From: an uncultured Gammaproteobacteria bacterium
Lineage (GTDB): Bacteria; Patescibacteriota; Patescibacteriia; Magasanikbacterales; GCA-002688135
Length of the DNA: 64,000 bases
Direction: 5' to 3'
NCBI GenBank assembly: GCA_964536205.1
Contig: CAZHVT010000001.1
Span: 69,944 to 133,943 of the forward strand
Of this stretch, positions 27,506 to 36,995 are shown one piece after another. Positions within the stretch are counted from its first letter, which is position 1. Each line of letters begins with the position of its first letter. The notes below the pieces were generated by a model, which saw only the letters and a program-made list of their open reading frames with translations, was not told the origin of the DNA and ran no database searches. A program made the position numbers and the translations under genes.

Positions 27506-28411
27506 ATGATTAAAAAGGCGATTATTCCTGTTGCAGGGTTTGGGACGCGTTTTTTGCCTGCAACAAAAGCACAACCTAAGGAGATGCTCACGTTGGTTGA
27601 TAAACCGGTGATTCAGCATATTGTTGAAGAGGCTGTAGCTGCTGGGATTGAGCAAATTATTTTTGTGACCAGTTCTACTAAGCGTGCGATTGAAGATCAT
27701 TTTGATCGGAATTTTGAGTTGGAGTACCGGCTGCGCCAGAAGAATCGAAAAAAGGAATTGGGGCAGATTTTGGATATTTCTGATTTGTGTACATTTGCGT
27801 ATGTTCGTCAGCGATCGCCACGTGGGGATGGTCATGCGATTTTGAGTGCGAAAGATTTTATTGGTGATGAGCCTGTTGCGATTTTATTTGGGGATGATGT
27901 GATAGATTCGAATGTTCCGTGCATGAAGCAAATGATTCAGTGTTATGACAAGTTTAAATGTCCGATTATTGGAATCATGGAGGTTGATAAGACACAAACG
28001 GGAAGATTTGGTATAATAGAAGGGTCTCATGTTGATGAGCGAACGCATCAAGTTCGGAGTTTGGTTGAGAAGCCAGCGCCGGAAGTAGCGCCATCTAATT
28101 TGGGAATTATTGGGCGATATATTATTACGCCAGAAGTGTTTGATGCGCTGGAAACTGCAAGTGCTTCTCCTGATGGTGAGATTCGTTTGATCGATGCATT
28201 TCGTGGTCTTGTTGGAACGCGTGCAATTTATGCGCATGAGTTTGAAGGGACACGATACGATTGTGGAAATAAATTAGAATTTATGAAAGCTGCGGTTGAG
28301 ATGGGTGTGCAGCATGCAGAAATTGGCGAGGAGTTTGATAGATATTTAACAGAGCGTATGTCGGCACATACACCAGCTCGAATTTTTGAGATGGATTTGA
28401 ATGCCAATTAA
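27506..28411 (+). CDS. galU: UTP--glucose-1-phosphate uridylyltransferase
   Basis: KAIIPVAGFGTRFLPATKAQPKEML, IEDHFD, VEKP, RYDCG. Confidence 0.95.
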   Translation: MIKKAIIPVAGFGTRFLPATKAQPKEMLTLVDKPVIQHIVEEAVAAGIEQIIFVTSSTKRAIEDHFDRNFELEYRLRQKNRKKELGQILDISDLCTFAYVRQRSPRGDGHAILSAKDFIGDEPVAILFGDDVIDSNVPCMKQMIQCYDKFKCPIIGIMEVDKTQTGRFGIIEGSHVDERTHQVRSLVEKPAPEVAPSNLGIIGRYIITPEVFDALETASASPDGEIRLIDAFRGLVGTRAIYAHEFEGTRYDCGNKLEFMKAAVEMGVQHAEIGEEFDRYLTERMSAHTPARIFEMDLNAN

Positions 28412-28570
28412 AATAAATAACAATTACCAAATAACAATTTACAAACAAATCTAAAATTCAAATCTCAAACTCGACAATCGGACGTTTGGAGTTTGGAATT
28501 TAAGATTTGTTTGGTACTTGAGATTTGGTGATTGAGATTTATAAACGATGTACTAGATAACTTAAAATGT

Positions 28571-29992
28571 ATGGGGAGGAAGACTTTTTTAGGGGTAATT
28601 GCAGTTTGCGTATTTTTAGTATTTGGAGGAGCGGCGTGTAAGAATACAGTCGACCCACAACAAGCCGAATTAACGAAGCGTGTGACATTGGATTATTGGC
28701 GACCGTTTGATGCGAGTGATGCGTTTTCGCCGGTGATTCGAAAGTATCGATCGATTCATCCGAATGTTACGATTAATTATCGTCAGATTCGTCCGGAGAT
28801 TTATGAAGAGGAATTGATTCAGGCTTTTGCGGAAGATCGCGGGCCAGATATTTTTGCAGTTCATAATACATGGATGCGTGGGTATCAGAGTAAATTAGCT
28901 GCAATGCCGCAGAATTATGCAATTTCAAATATTGTTCCTAAGGGAGGCTTAGAGGGGAAGACAGTTACCAATGTTCAGGAGAAGCGTGGTTTGACTCCGC
29001 GGCAATTGCAGGCGCAATTTGTAGATGTAGCACTTGATAATATGTTGTTGCCTTTGGATGGTTCCGGGCGTGAGCCGGATTTGGCGACAAGCGGCGTATA
29101 TGGTGTTCCGCTTTCGGTAGATACGATGATGATGTTTTACAATAATGATTTGGTGAAAACAGCTGGGGTTGCGCAGCCTCCTACAACGTGGGTTGGGTTT
29201 CAGTCTGCATTGGAAAAAGTTACAGCAGTTGAGAAAGGCACCTTAAGATTGATTCGTCCTGGGGCTGTGATTGGTACGGCGGAGAATGTTCCGCGCGCAA
29301 GTGATTTGTTGGCGCTTATTATGATGCAAGCGGGCGCTCAAATGGTGGATGATTTTGGTTTTGCATCGTTTCATAAAAATCCCCCTGGGCTAGATCGTGC
29401 GACACCTCCAGGAATTGATGCGTTGCGTTATTACATTGATTTTTCAATTCCTCCTCGTAAAGCGTATACATGGAATGCGTTGCAGCCGGATGGACTTGAG
29501 GCATTTATTCGTGGGCAGGTTGCATATATGTTTGGATATTCATATCAGCTGCCATTGATTAAAGCTCGTGCGCCGAAGTTGCCTGTGGGTGTTGCGCCAG
29601 TACCACAACAATTACCAGAGTCACCAATTAATATTGCGAATTTCTGGTTGGAAGGTGTTTCGAAGAAGTCTGAAAGTGCGACATGGGCGTGGGATTTTCT
29701 ATTGTTTCAGTCGAGTGCAGATCATGTGAAGGATTATTTGGATATAACTCAAAAACCTACTGCGTTGCGTGCTTTGATTGATGAGCAACGAGAGGATTTA
29801 TTTTTGGGACCTTTTGCAGAACAGGTTTTGACAGCACGAACATGGTATCGAGGAAAGGATGGGGATACTGCAGATGGAGTTATGCGTGAATTAATTACGC
29901 AGGCGAAGTTGGCGATTGAAGCTGCGAGTGATGCGGAGTTTAATAAGGCTGTGAAAAATGCTGTTTCGAAGATTAACCAAACAGTGCAGTAG
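28571..29992 (+). CDS. Extracellular solute-binding lipoprotein (sugar-binding family 1-like)
   Basis: Lipobox GGAAC, GPDIF, YGVPLSVDT..FYN, PPTTW. Confidence 0.85.
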   Translation: MGRKTFLGVIAVCVFLVFGGAACKNTVDPQQAELTKRVTLDYWRPFDASDAFSPVIRKYRSIHPNVTINYRQIRPEIYEEELIQAFAEDRGPDIFAVHNTWMRGYQSKLAAMPQNYAISNIVPKGGLEGKTVTNVQEKRGLTPRQLQAQFVDVALDNMLLPLDGSGREPDLATSGVYGVPLSVDTMMMFYNNDLVKTAGVAQPPTTWVGFQSALEKVTAVEKGTLRLIRPGAVIGTAENVPRASDLLALIMMQAGAQMVDDFGFASFHKNPPGLDRATPPGIDALRYYIDFSIPPRKAYTWNALQPDGLEAFIRGQVAYMFGYSYQLPLIKARAPKLPVGVAPVPQQLPESPINIANFWLEGVSKKSESATWAWDFLLFQSSADHVKDYLDITQKPTALRALIDEQREDLFLGPFAEQVLTARTWYRGKDGDTADGVMRELITQAKLAIEAASDAEFNKAVKNAVSKINQTVQ

Positions 29993-30124
29993 TGAGTTGA
30001 GCGACTTCCATTTTGGGTGATATATGCTCGCTTCACAAAACGTTTATTCGTCGTACGTTCAGTACGACTCACTGCACGTTTTGTTCCAGCAGTGCATATC
30101 TCATCCCAAACTGAAAGTCTTCAC
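29992..30124. repeat. Long imperfect palindrome (MITE/REP-like)
   Basis: Core GTCGTAC-GTTCA-GTACGAC with extended arms; the right arm recurs at 3728-3767. Confidence 0.6.
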
Positions 30125-30147
30125 ATCTGTGGAATAACTAATATATT

Positions 30148-30588
30148 ATGTTAAGGAGGATGAAAGTATTAATGGCGATGATTCCGATGATGTTCGGGTT
30201 GTTTGTGTTTGTACCGCAAGCGGTTGATGCGCAGGTTTTGTTTAAGATGCCTGATTGTGCGACCACGAAAGATGTGAAGAAGGCTGGAAATTGTCAGTTG
30301 AATGATGCAGTGAATACATTAATCGCAGTGGCTGAATTTATTTTTGGAATTTCTGGATCGTTGGCGTTGTTGATGTTTATGTATGGAGGATTTACATGGG
30401 TGACGTCTGGAGGACATGAACAGCGTATTTCAAAAGGAAAAGATATTGTCCGTAATGCTGTTGTTGGTTTGATCATTGTATTTATGTCTGCTGCTATTGT
30501 TCAGTTTGCATTAATATCGCTGGATGTTGATGGTAGTTTCAATTTCTTGAAAGGAAAAGATGGTGGAAAGGTTGAACAGCAAATATAG
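30148..30588 (+). CDS. VirB2/TrbC-like pilin 1
   Basis: Signal peptide plus two TMs flanking YGGFTWVTSGG..KGK. Confidence 0.85.
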   Translation: MLRRMKVLMAMIPMMFGLFVFVPQAVDAQVLFKMPDCATTKDVKKAGNCQLNDAVNTLIAVAEFIFGISGSLALLMFMYGGFTWVTSGGHEQRISKGKDIVRNAVVGLIIVFMSAAIVQFALISLDVDGSFNFLKGKDGGKVEQQI

Positions 30589-30606
30589 AGGAATAATTAT
30601 TTTTTT

Positions 30607-32091
30607 ATGATGCGAAGGCTTACTACGTATGCTGTTATGTTTGTTGGCCTTTTTTTGTTTTTTGGTGTTGCGGGTGTAAATGCAGCTCCACCGGCTTCGT
30701 ATTATGGGCCTATTAATGCGGCGGGGTGTAAGGCGGATTTAAAGGAGTGTTCTGATGATTTGTCAAGTAAATGTGGTTGGAAAGCACCGGATAATTATTA
30801 TATTGCAGAAAAAGCACTGAGCTCGAATATTTGCGATGATTGGAGTGCGACTGAATGGAAAACCATACACAACTTTTTTGGACCTTGTTATGATTGGCAT
30901 TGGTCGCAATCTACTACGTTTCCATTTGATTCTAGTAAATCTAAATATGGTCATTTAGCAGGAGGCGTAAATACTCCGAAGTGGAAATTTGCGCAGCCAA
31001 CAGATGCTCGACAAAAGCCCGGAGCCGGACCATGGTCAGAGAAGCAGGCGTGTGATCATTTTTTTGGGAACACAAATACAAAGTTTGCGTTATTTTCCGC
31101 GGGAATTACCAAGAATAATTGTGTATCGAAAGCAACGCAATGTAAGGAGTTGTATGAGAAATGCAATTTAACAGGAGGTAAGAATGATTTTAGTGATCCT
31201 CAAAAGTTATGTAATCAAGTGTTGTCAGATGATTCACAGGTTGGAGGTAAATTCACATTGTTTGATCAATGTGCAGATGGTTTGGCAAAGTTGGCTAAGC
31301 CAGTACCGGGAGATCCGTTTTGTAAGCAGGCAGAAAAATTATCTGAAGGTAAAAAGTGTCAGTGTTTGGGTGGTGTGATAGAGGCTAAGTATGGGAATCA
31401 TGGGTTGCAGCCCGGTGATGCGAGTTGTTGTCAGACATGTAAAACGGCAAAAATTAAATTTGATGATAAGGAAGTTTCATGTGCTACTGCTTTGAAAATA
31501 CCTACCTTGAAAGATAATTGTTCTTGTGAGGGTGTGGCTCAAACATATGCATTACAGAAAACTGGAAGTGAATTGAAAAAGCAATGTTGTGGGTTGTGTG
31601 CTTCTCGTGGTTTTGAGAAAAAAGTTTCAAAAGTGAAGTTTGGTTCTGGTGAGGTTGGTGTGTGTGGTGGGTATTCATGTGGTGATGGTAAAACACCGAA
31701 ATTAACTAATCCATCTGCAAATCCTGCGTTATTGAAAAAACAATTGTGTAAGGCATGTACATCAGAAGAAGTTGTTTTGAATGGTTCGAAAGAGAAGTGT
31801 GCTCGTGTTATTACGGTGAATCCTATTAAGGCGTATCCGGATCCACTGGCTGCTTCGGGGGTTAATAACCCGCAAAAGTTTATTGCGAATTTAATTAAAA
31901 CATTCTTGGGAATTATTGGATCGATTGCGTTGGCGCTTGTGGTGTATGGTGGATTTATTTGGATGACGTCTGCTGGTGAGACCGCACGTGTAGAAACAGG
32001 ACGCAAAACTGTTCAGTGGGCAGCATTTGGTCTTGTTGCTGTATTTAGTTCATATGTTATTGTTGCATTTATTTTTAAATCGTTGGGTTAA
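30607..32091 (+). CDS. Pilin 2 with large Cys-rich N-terminal domain
   Basis: Signal peptide, many Cys, C-terminal YGGFIWMTSAG pilin module. Confidence 0.85.
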   Translation: MMRRLTTYAVMFVGLFLFFGVAGVNAAPPASYYGPINAAGCKADLKECSDDLSSKCGWKAPDNYYIAEKALSSNICDDWSATEWKTIHNFFGPCYDWHWSQSTTFPFDSSKSKYGHLAGGVNTPKWKFAQPTDARQKPGAGPWSEKQACDHFFGNTNTKFALFSAGITKNNCVSKATQCKELYEKCNLTGGKNDFSDPQKLCNQVLSDDSQVGGKFTLFDQCADGLAKLAKPVPGDPFCKQAEKLSEGKKCQCLGGVIEAKYGNHGLQPGDASCCQTCKTAKIKFDDKEVSCATALKIPTLKDNCSCEGVAQTYALQKTGSELKKQCCGLCASRGFEKKVSKVKFGSGEVGVCGGYSCGDGKTPKLTNPSANPALLKKQLCKACTSEEVVLNGSKEKCARVITVNPIKAYPDPLAASGVNNPQKFIANLIKTFLGIIGSIALALVVYGGFIWMTSAGETARVETGRKTVQWAAFGLVAVFSSYVIVAFIFKSLG

Positions 32092-34291
32092 GTTTTTAGC
32101 TGCTTTCTCGATTGTGTATGCGGCGCTTTTTGGGTTGGTTGGGGGTGTTAGTGCTGATCCTGTGGTTGAGACTGATCCTAATACAACGGTAAAAGTTGAT
32201 TCTTGTTGCCTGTATTTTCAGTCTGTTCCAAGCTCAGCATGTTTTGCTACGAATTTGCCGTATACGTTAAATACTAAAGGCTATGTTAAGAGTGGAAAGC
32301 AGGCATTTCCCTGTAAACAGTCTGGTGACGATTTGGTTTTAGGTGTAGATGTTCCTGTTAATTTTGTGGGAGCATACCAAACATCTGATAAATCATGTTT
32401 AAGTACGATTTCGTATTCTTCAGACTTTGCTTCTTTGGATGATCAACAATATTTGTTGGAATTGTCTGGTGGCAAGAAAACAAACGATCTTGATGTAAAA
32501 ATTGAGATTAGTAGCTGGTGTGAAACTGGCATGAACCTTCATAATAAGAGCACGTATGTTCCGAATTTTTCAAAAGAGTTAAGTCAGGCTATTGTAAAAG
32601 CGAAGGAAGATGAGAAGGCTGCGGCTGATGCAAGCAAGCCTTGGGTTGTGTTGCAATCTCAGGAGGCTGCTTTTAATAAAGAGTTTAAGGGGTGTTGTAC
32701 GTATTACGAAGGTTCTGGTCCTTCTAATCAATGTGTCACAATTAAAGATTTATTAAAAAATGGTTCGAATGCAAAAAAGTTTGATTGTAAGACATATAAG
32801 GATAAGATGGTTAATTTTAATTTGCAGATAGTTCCTCATAATTTTTTAGGTGGATATCCAACAAAAGAAAATATCAAAGATGGCCCAAACTGTAACCCGT
32901 TTACAAATTCAGGAGCTACTTTGAATTATACTAAGTATGACACCCAGCAAAAAACTGATTTTTCTTTTAAAAAAGACATTGATACTTCAGAGTTTTGTGT
33001 GACTGCATTTGATGTGATGGGTCAGACAAAGTTGTTTGATTATTTTCAGGGTGAGGAGAAGAAGACTGAAGGAGTTTTGCCGGCAATGGAAAAGCTGGTG
33101 AAGGATTATTTTGATAGTAAGAAAAAGAAATTTTGTTGCATTCCTTCAAAGAAGTCTGCAGATACTGCGTGTCATGTGCCATTGTATAACGATGCTGATA
33201 TAAAGAAGTTGGCCGAAATGTTTGCGGGTACGAAAGCTTCTGATTCTAGTTTTGATGCGAAATCGGTTTTAGATATTTGGTGGAATGATACCGCAGGTGA
33301 TAAATATAAGGCTGGTACGGTTTTTGCATCGAACTTTTTTTCCTGCACTCCAAAAAATACCGTGATCAATACGGACACGGGCGCTGGTTTTAAACCGATT
33401 GATAAGAAGGTTTCTGTAACGGATTTTTGGATGCTCACGCAAGATTGTAAGTCTACTACCATACTCCCTGTTACAGATGCGTGGGGGAATGATGTGAAGC
33501 CGTGTAATGATGGTGATCAGAGTTGTTTGGATTCATATGCAAAAAAGTATCCGAGTGGGATGAGTGGTTTGACTGCGGCGAAGCGTTGCGCTGCTCCTAA
33601 TTTGTTTTGTCTTTGTAATAGTAAAGATTGTGTCGATACAATTTATCTTAGTAAGGTGAAGATAACTGGTGCAGAAAAGGATAGCAAGTCATGCGATGAG
33701 GCTGCAAAAACCGCGGAGCCATCTGAAGGTTGGAAGTGTAAAAAAACGACGCATGATAGCATTGTTGATCCAAGTAAGACTGCTGCGGATGGTACGAAAG
33801 GAGTTGAGTCTTGTTGTATGTTGTCGCCGGATAAAAAATGTAAAAATACCTTTACAACGAAGTTGGATAAGTTTGAGTGTGGGGATGGGAAAAAGGTCCC
33901 TATTGTTACGCCCGCTATTCAAGAACAGGTTTTGTTGAAACAGGTGTGTACTGCATGTCAGACAAAGACAGTGAAGCTGAAAGATGGAGAGAAGGATTGT
34001 ACTGTTGTTACAGAATTGCCAGATATTGGGGCATTCCCCAATCCTTTGGGGCAATCGGGGATTAATAATCCGCAATCGTTTATTGCGAATTTAATTAAAA
34101 CGTTTTTGGGGATTCTTGGTTCGATTGCGCTAGCATTGGTTGTGTATGGTGGATTTACATGGATGACATCTGCTGGCATACCTGAACGTGTGGAAGCTGG
34201 TCGCAAAACTGTTCAGTGGGCAGCGTTTGGTTTGGTGGCTGTGTTTGCTTCCTATACTTTGGTGAAATTTATTTTTGATGCGCTTGGATAA
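32054..34291 (+). CDS. Pilin 3 with very large Cys-rich N-terminal domain
   Basis: C-terminal YGGFTWMTSAG module near-identical to pilin 2; start uncertain (32027-32113). Confidence 0.85.
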   Translation: MLLLHLFLNRWVKFLAAFSIVYAALFGLVGGVSADPVVETDPNTTVKVDSCCLYFQSVPSSACFATNLPYTLNTKGYVKSGKQAFPCKQSGDDLVLGVDVPVNFVGAYQTSDKSCLSTISYSSDFASLDDQQYLLELSGGKKTNDLDVKIEISSWCETGMNLHNKSTYVPNFSKELSQAIVKAKEDEKAAADASKPWVVLQSQEAAFNKEFKGCCTYYEGSGPSNQCVTIKDLLKNGSNAKKFDCKTYKDKMVNFNLQIVPHNFLGGYPTKENIKDGPNCNPFTNSGATLNYTKYDTQQKTDFSFKKDIDTSEFCVTAFDVMGQTKLFDYFQGEEKKTEGVLPAMEKLVKDYFDSKKKKFCCIPSKKSADTACHVPLYNDADIKKLAEMFAGTKASDSSFDAKSVLDIWWNDTAGDKYKAGTVFASNFFSCTPKNTVINTDTGAGFKPIDKKVSVTDFWMLTQDCKSTTILPVTDAWGNDVKPCNDGDQSCLDSYAKKYPSGMSGLTAAKRCAAPNLFCLCNSKDCVDTIYLSKVKITGAEKDSKSCDEAAKTAEPSEGWKCKKTTHDSIVDPSKTAADGTKGVESCCMLSPDKKCKNTFTTKLDKFECGDGKKVPIVTPAIQEQVLLKQVCTACQTKTVKLKDGEKDCTVVTELPDIGAFPNPLGQSGINNPQSFIANLIKTFLGILGSIALALVVYGGFTWMTSAGIPERVEAGRKTVQWAAFGLVAVFASYTLVKFIFDALG

Positions 34292-34336
34292 TGTTGTGTG
34301 GATGTCTATTTCAGATAATTTTGCTATAATACAGAC

Positions 34337-34900
34337 ATGATTATGAGGAGAGTTTTACTATTTTTGCTTGTCGTGTTTTGCGTATTTGGTGTTTTTGAAT
34401 ATGTTGATGCTGCGACGCTTAAGGAATGTGAATCTGCTCAAGCTTTGTGTATCGATAATGCTGCTGCAAAATGTTTGGTTGATGTTGCGTGTATATCCAG
34501 TGAAACTGCTTTGTGTGGTGGGCAATTTTTAAAATGTAAGGAATCTGTTGAGGGAGCTTCATCTGAAGGTAGTTCTGGTGAGAGCGAAAAAGCATCTTCT
34601 GGTACGGATTTAGTTAATCCGTTAGGTGGAAAACCAGGATCAGCTGAATCTGCAAAGGGCATCACTAGTGTGCAGTCATTGGTTGGTAAAATTATTGCGA
34701 TTGCTTTGGGATTCTTGGGATCATTGGCCTTATTATTTTTCATTTATGGTGGATTTTTGTGGATGACTTCTCGTGGTAAACCTGAAATAATTACCAAAGG
34801 TACGAAGACGATGTTGTGGGCTGCGATTGGAATTTTCTTTGTCTTCTCAAGTTATTCGATATTGATTTTTATCTTGAATGCGATTGGGGCGAAGGTTTGA
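34337..34900 (+). CDS. Pilin 4 with 6-Cys head
   Basis: LVNPLG..YGGFLWMTSRG. Confidence 0.85.
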   Translation: MIMRRVLLFLLVVFCVFGVFEYVDAATLKECESAQALCIDNAAAKCLVDVACISSETALCGGQFLKCKESVEGASSEGSSGESEKASSGTDLVNPLGGKPGSAESAKGITSVQSLVGKIIAIALGFLGSLALLFFIYGGFLWMTSRGKPEIITKGTKTMLWAAIGIFFVFSSYSILIFILNAIGAKV

Positions 34901-35077
34901 TGAATATTTGTGAGGGTTGATTTAGTCATTCTTCACAAGTAATTATTTACTTGATAACCCCGGCTTGTCGTTGGGATAATATCCTTTAAAAGGTCGAAGA
35001 CATGTGGAATCGTGTGCTGCAGCTTTCTGTACAGGTACACGACTATACATTCGGGTAGAAATTAAATTATAGACTTT

Positions 35078-35494
35078 ATGAATACATTTATGCGAAGAGC
35101 TATGGTAGCAGGTGCTACTGTGGCTATGTCAGCAGGAATGATGCTGCCTCATATGGTTGGCGCTGCTCCTACTGCTGCAGAAAAGGAAAAAGAATTGTTT
35201 CAAGGATTGACAGGTGAAAATGTTGCAGGAAATCTTGGTCAATCAAACCAAAATTTGACTGTGACAGTCGCTAAGTTGATCCGAAATTTCCTTGGATTGC
35301 TTGGTATTCTTGCTGTTATCATCGTGGTGATTGGTGGTTTTGAATGGATGACTGCAGGAGGAAACACAGAAGGTGTTGATAATGCAAAGAAACGAATTTT
35401 GCAGGGTGTTATTGGTATGGCTATTGTGCTGTCGGCGTTTGCCATAGCGCAGTTTGTCATCGGCGCTCTGACGAAATCCACTACTGCTGGATAG
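35078..35494 (+). CDS. Pilin 5 (candidate major pilin)
   Basis: GGFEWMTAGGN..AKKRI; Cys-free; long structured leader. Confidence 0.85.
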   Translation: MNTFMRRAMVAGATVAMSAGMMLPHMVGAAPTAAEKEKELFQGLTGENVAGNLGQSNQNLTVTVAKLIRNFLGLLGILAVIIVVIGGFEWMTAGGNTEGVDNAKKRILQGVIGMAIVLSAFAIAQFVIGALTKSTTAG

Positions 35495-35555
35495 CGGTGT
35501 TGGAACATATCATGTATAATAAGAGTAGTGTTAATCGCTACTCTTATTTGTTTAT

Positions 35556-36107
35556 ATGGTTTCAGTGACTTTTAGAAGAGATTATTTTATTGTCGGGTTG
35601 TCCCTGTTATTTTTGGGATTTTTGTTTGTTGCGCAGCCTGCGTATGCTGGGAAATGTGAGGATGTTTTGCAGACATGTAAGGAGAGCGCAACAGCTGGTT
35701 GTGCGGATAGTCCTGATTTAAATTGTGTTGAGAAAGCAGAGGCTGCGTGTACTGCTTCTTTGGATATATGTAAGCAAGCCGAAGCATCTGCTGCGCAAAA
35801 AGATACTGATGAAGGGTCGACGTCAAATGATTATGGGCTAAAAGAAACAGCTGATGCCGCTGACTTACCAAATACTGATACAAATGTTGCTGGTTTAGTT
35901 GGAAAAATTATTCAAGCTGCGTTATCATTAGTTGCGACAATATTCTTTTTCTTGATGGTATATGGTGGATTCTTGTGGATGACAGCTCGGGGAAATTCAG
36001 ATCAAATAGGAAAAGCGAAAGATTTAATTACACAGGCAATTGTTGGTGTGGTGGTTATTTCTGCGGCGTGGGCGATTACCAATTTTGTTATAAGTAGGAT
36101 AGGATAG
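35556..36107 (+). CDS. Pilin 6 with 6-Cys head
   Basis: YGL..TA, YGGFLWMTARGN. Confidence 0.85.
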   Translation: MVSVTFRRDYFIVGLSLLFLGFLFVAQPAYAGKCEDVLQTCKESATAGCADSPDLNCVEKAEAACTASLDICKQAEASAAQKDTDEGSTSNDYGLKETADAADLPNTDTNVAGLVGKIIQAALSLVATIFFFLMVYGGFLWMTARGNSDQIGKAKDLITQAIVGVVVISAAWAITNFVISRIG

Positions 36108-36112
36108 TTTGT

Positions 36113-36517
36113 ATGATGAGAACAATAACGTTTTCTATTATTGCGAGTTTGTTTTTGGTGTTGCCTATGGCAGCGCAAGATAAGCCATCTCCTGTTGATA
36201 CTACTCCTGAAGCTGCGTCTGGGAAGTATGGATTGGATGCGACGGTTGGTGCTGCTGCACAAGAAGGAGTTCCTATTCCAAATACAGACAAAAAAGCAAC
36301 TGGAATTATTGGTAGTGTGCTTGGTGGAGTTTTATCAATGATTGGAACGATATATTTCTTTCTGATGTTATATGCTGGATTTACGTGGATGACTGCACGA
36401 GGTAAGAGTGAATTGATTGATAAATCTAAGAACATTATGATTCATGCAACGGTTGGTGCGGTGTTGGTTGCTGGGTCGTTTGTGATTGTGAAGTTTGTGA
36501 TTGATGCGCTGGGTTAG
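36113..36517 (+). CDS. Pilin 7
   Basis: YAGFTWMTARG. Confidence 0.85.
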   Translation: MMRTITFSIIASLFLVLPMAAQDKPSPVDTTPEAASGKYGLDATVGAAAQEGVPIPNTDKKATGIIGSVLGGVLSMIGTIYFFLMLYAGFTWMTARGKSELIDKSKNIMIHATVGAVLVAGSFVIVKFVIDALG

Positions 36518-36589
36518 CGTAATGCGTAAAGCGTAAAGCGTAAGTGGTTTCCCGCATTACGCATTACGTTTTACTCTTTACTAACATAT

Positions 36590-36991
36590 ATGACATTATC
36601 GATAACCAAAAAACAGGTGGGAGCTTTTTTTGTGTGTTTGATGCTTTCGGGTATGCTTTTTGCGCCTCGGCTTACGCAGGCAAAGCTTGGTTTGGATGAG
36701 GCTAAGAATGCAGCAGATAAATCTGGTGGTTTTAATACGAATGAAGAGGAGGCTGGCGTTGCTGCTATTGCAGGAAAGATCATTCAAGCGCTTATTAGTT
36801 TGCTTGGAATTATATTTATTGGTTTGACGGTGTATGCAGGATTTTTGTGGATGACAGCTCGTGGAGAGACTGAACAGGTTGATCGATCTAAGAAAATGTT
36901 GACTCAAGGGGTGATTGGGATGGCGATTATGTTGGCTGCGTGGGCGATTACTAATTTTGTGTTAAGTCGGTTGATTGATGCAACCGGATAA
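36590..36991 (+). CDS. Pilin 8
   Basis: YAGFLWMTARG. Confidence 0.85.
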   Translation: MTLSITKKQVGAFFVCLMLSGMLFAPRLTQAKLGLDEAKNAADKSGGFNTNEEEAGVAAIAGKIIQALISLLGIIFIGLTVYAGFLWMTARGETEQVDRSKKMLTQGVIGMAIMLAAWAITNFVLSRLIDATG

Positions 36992-36995
36992 TTAT

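Noticed and set aside
30607-34291. Diversity-generating retroelement acting on the pilins
   Set aside because: There is no reverse transcriptase, and the differences between the two similar tails are mostly synonymous and not adenine-specific.
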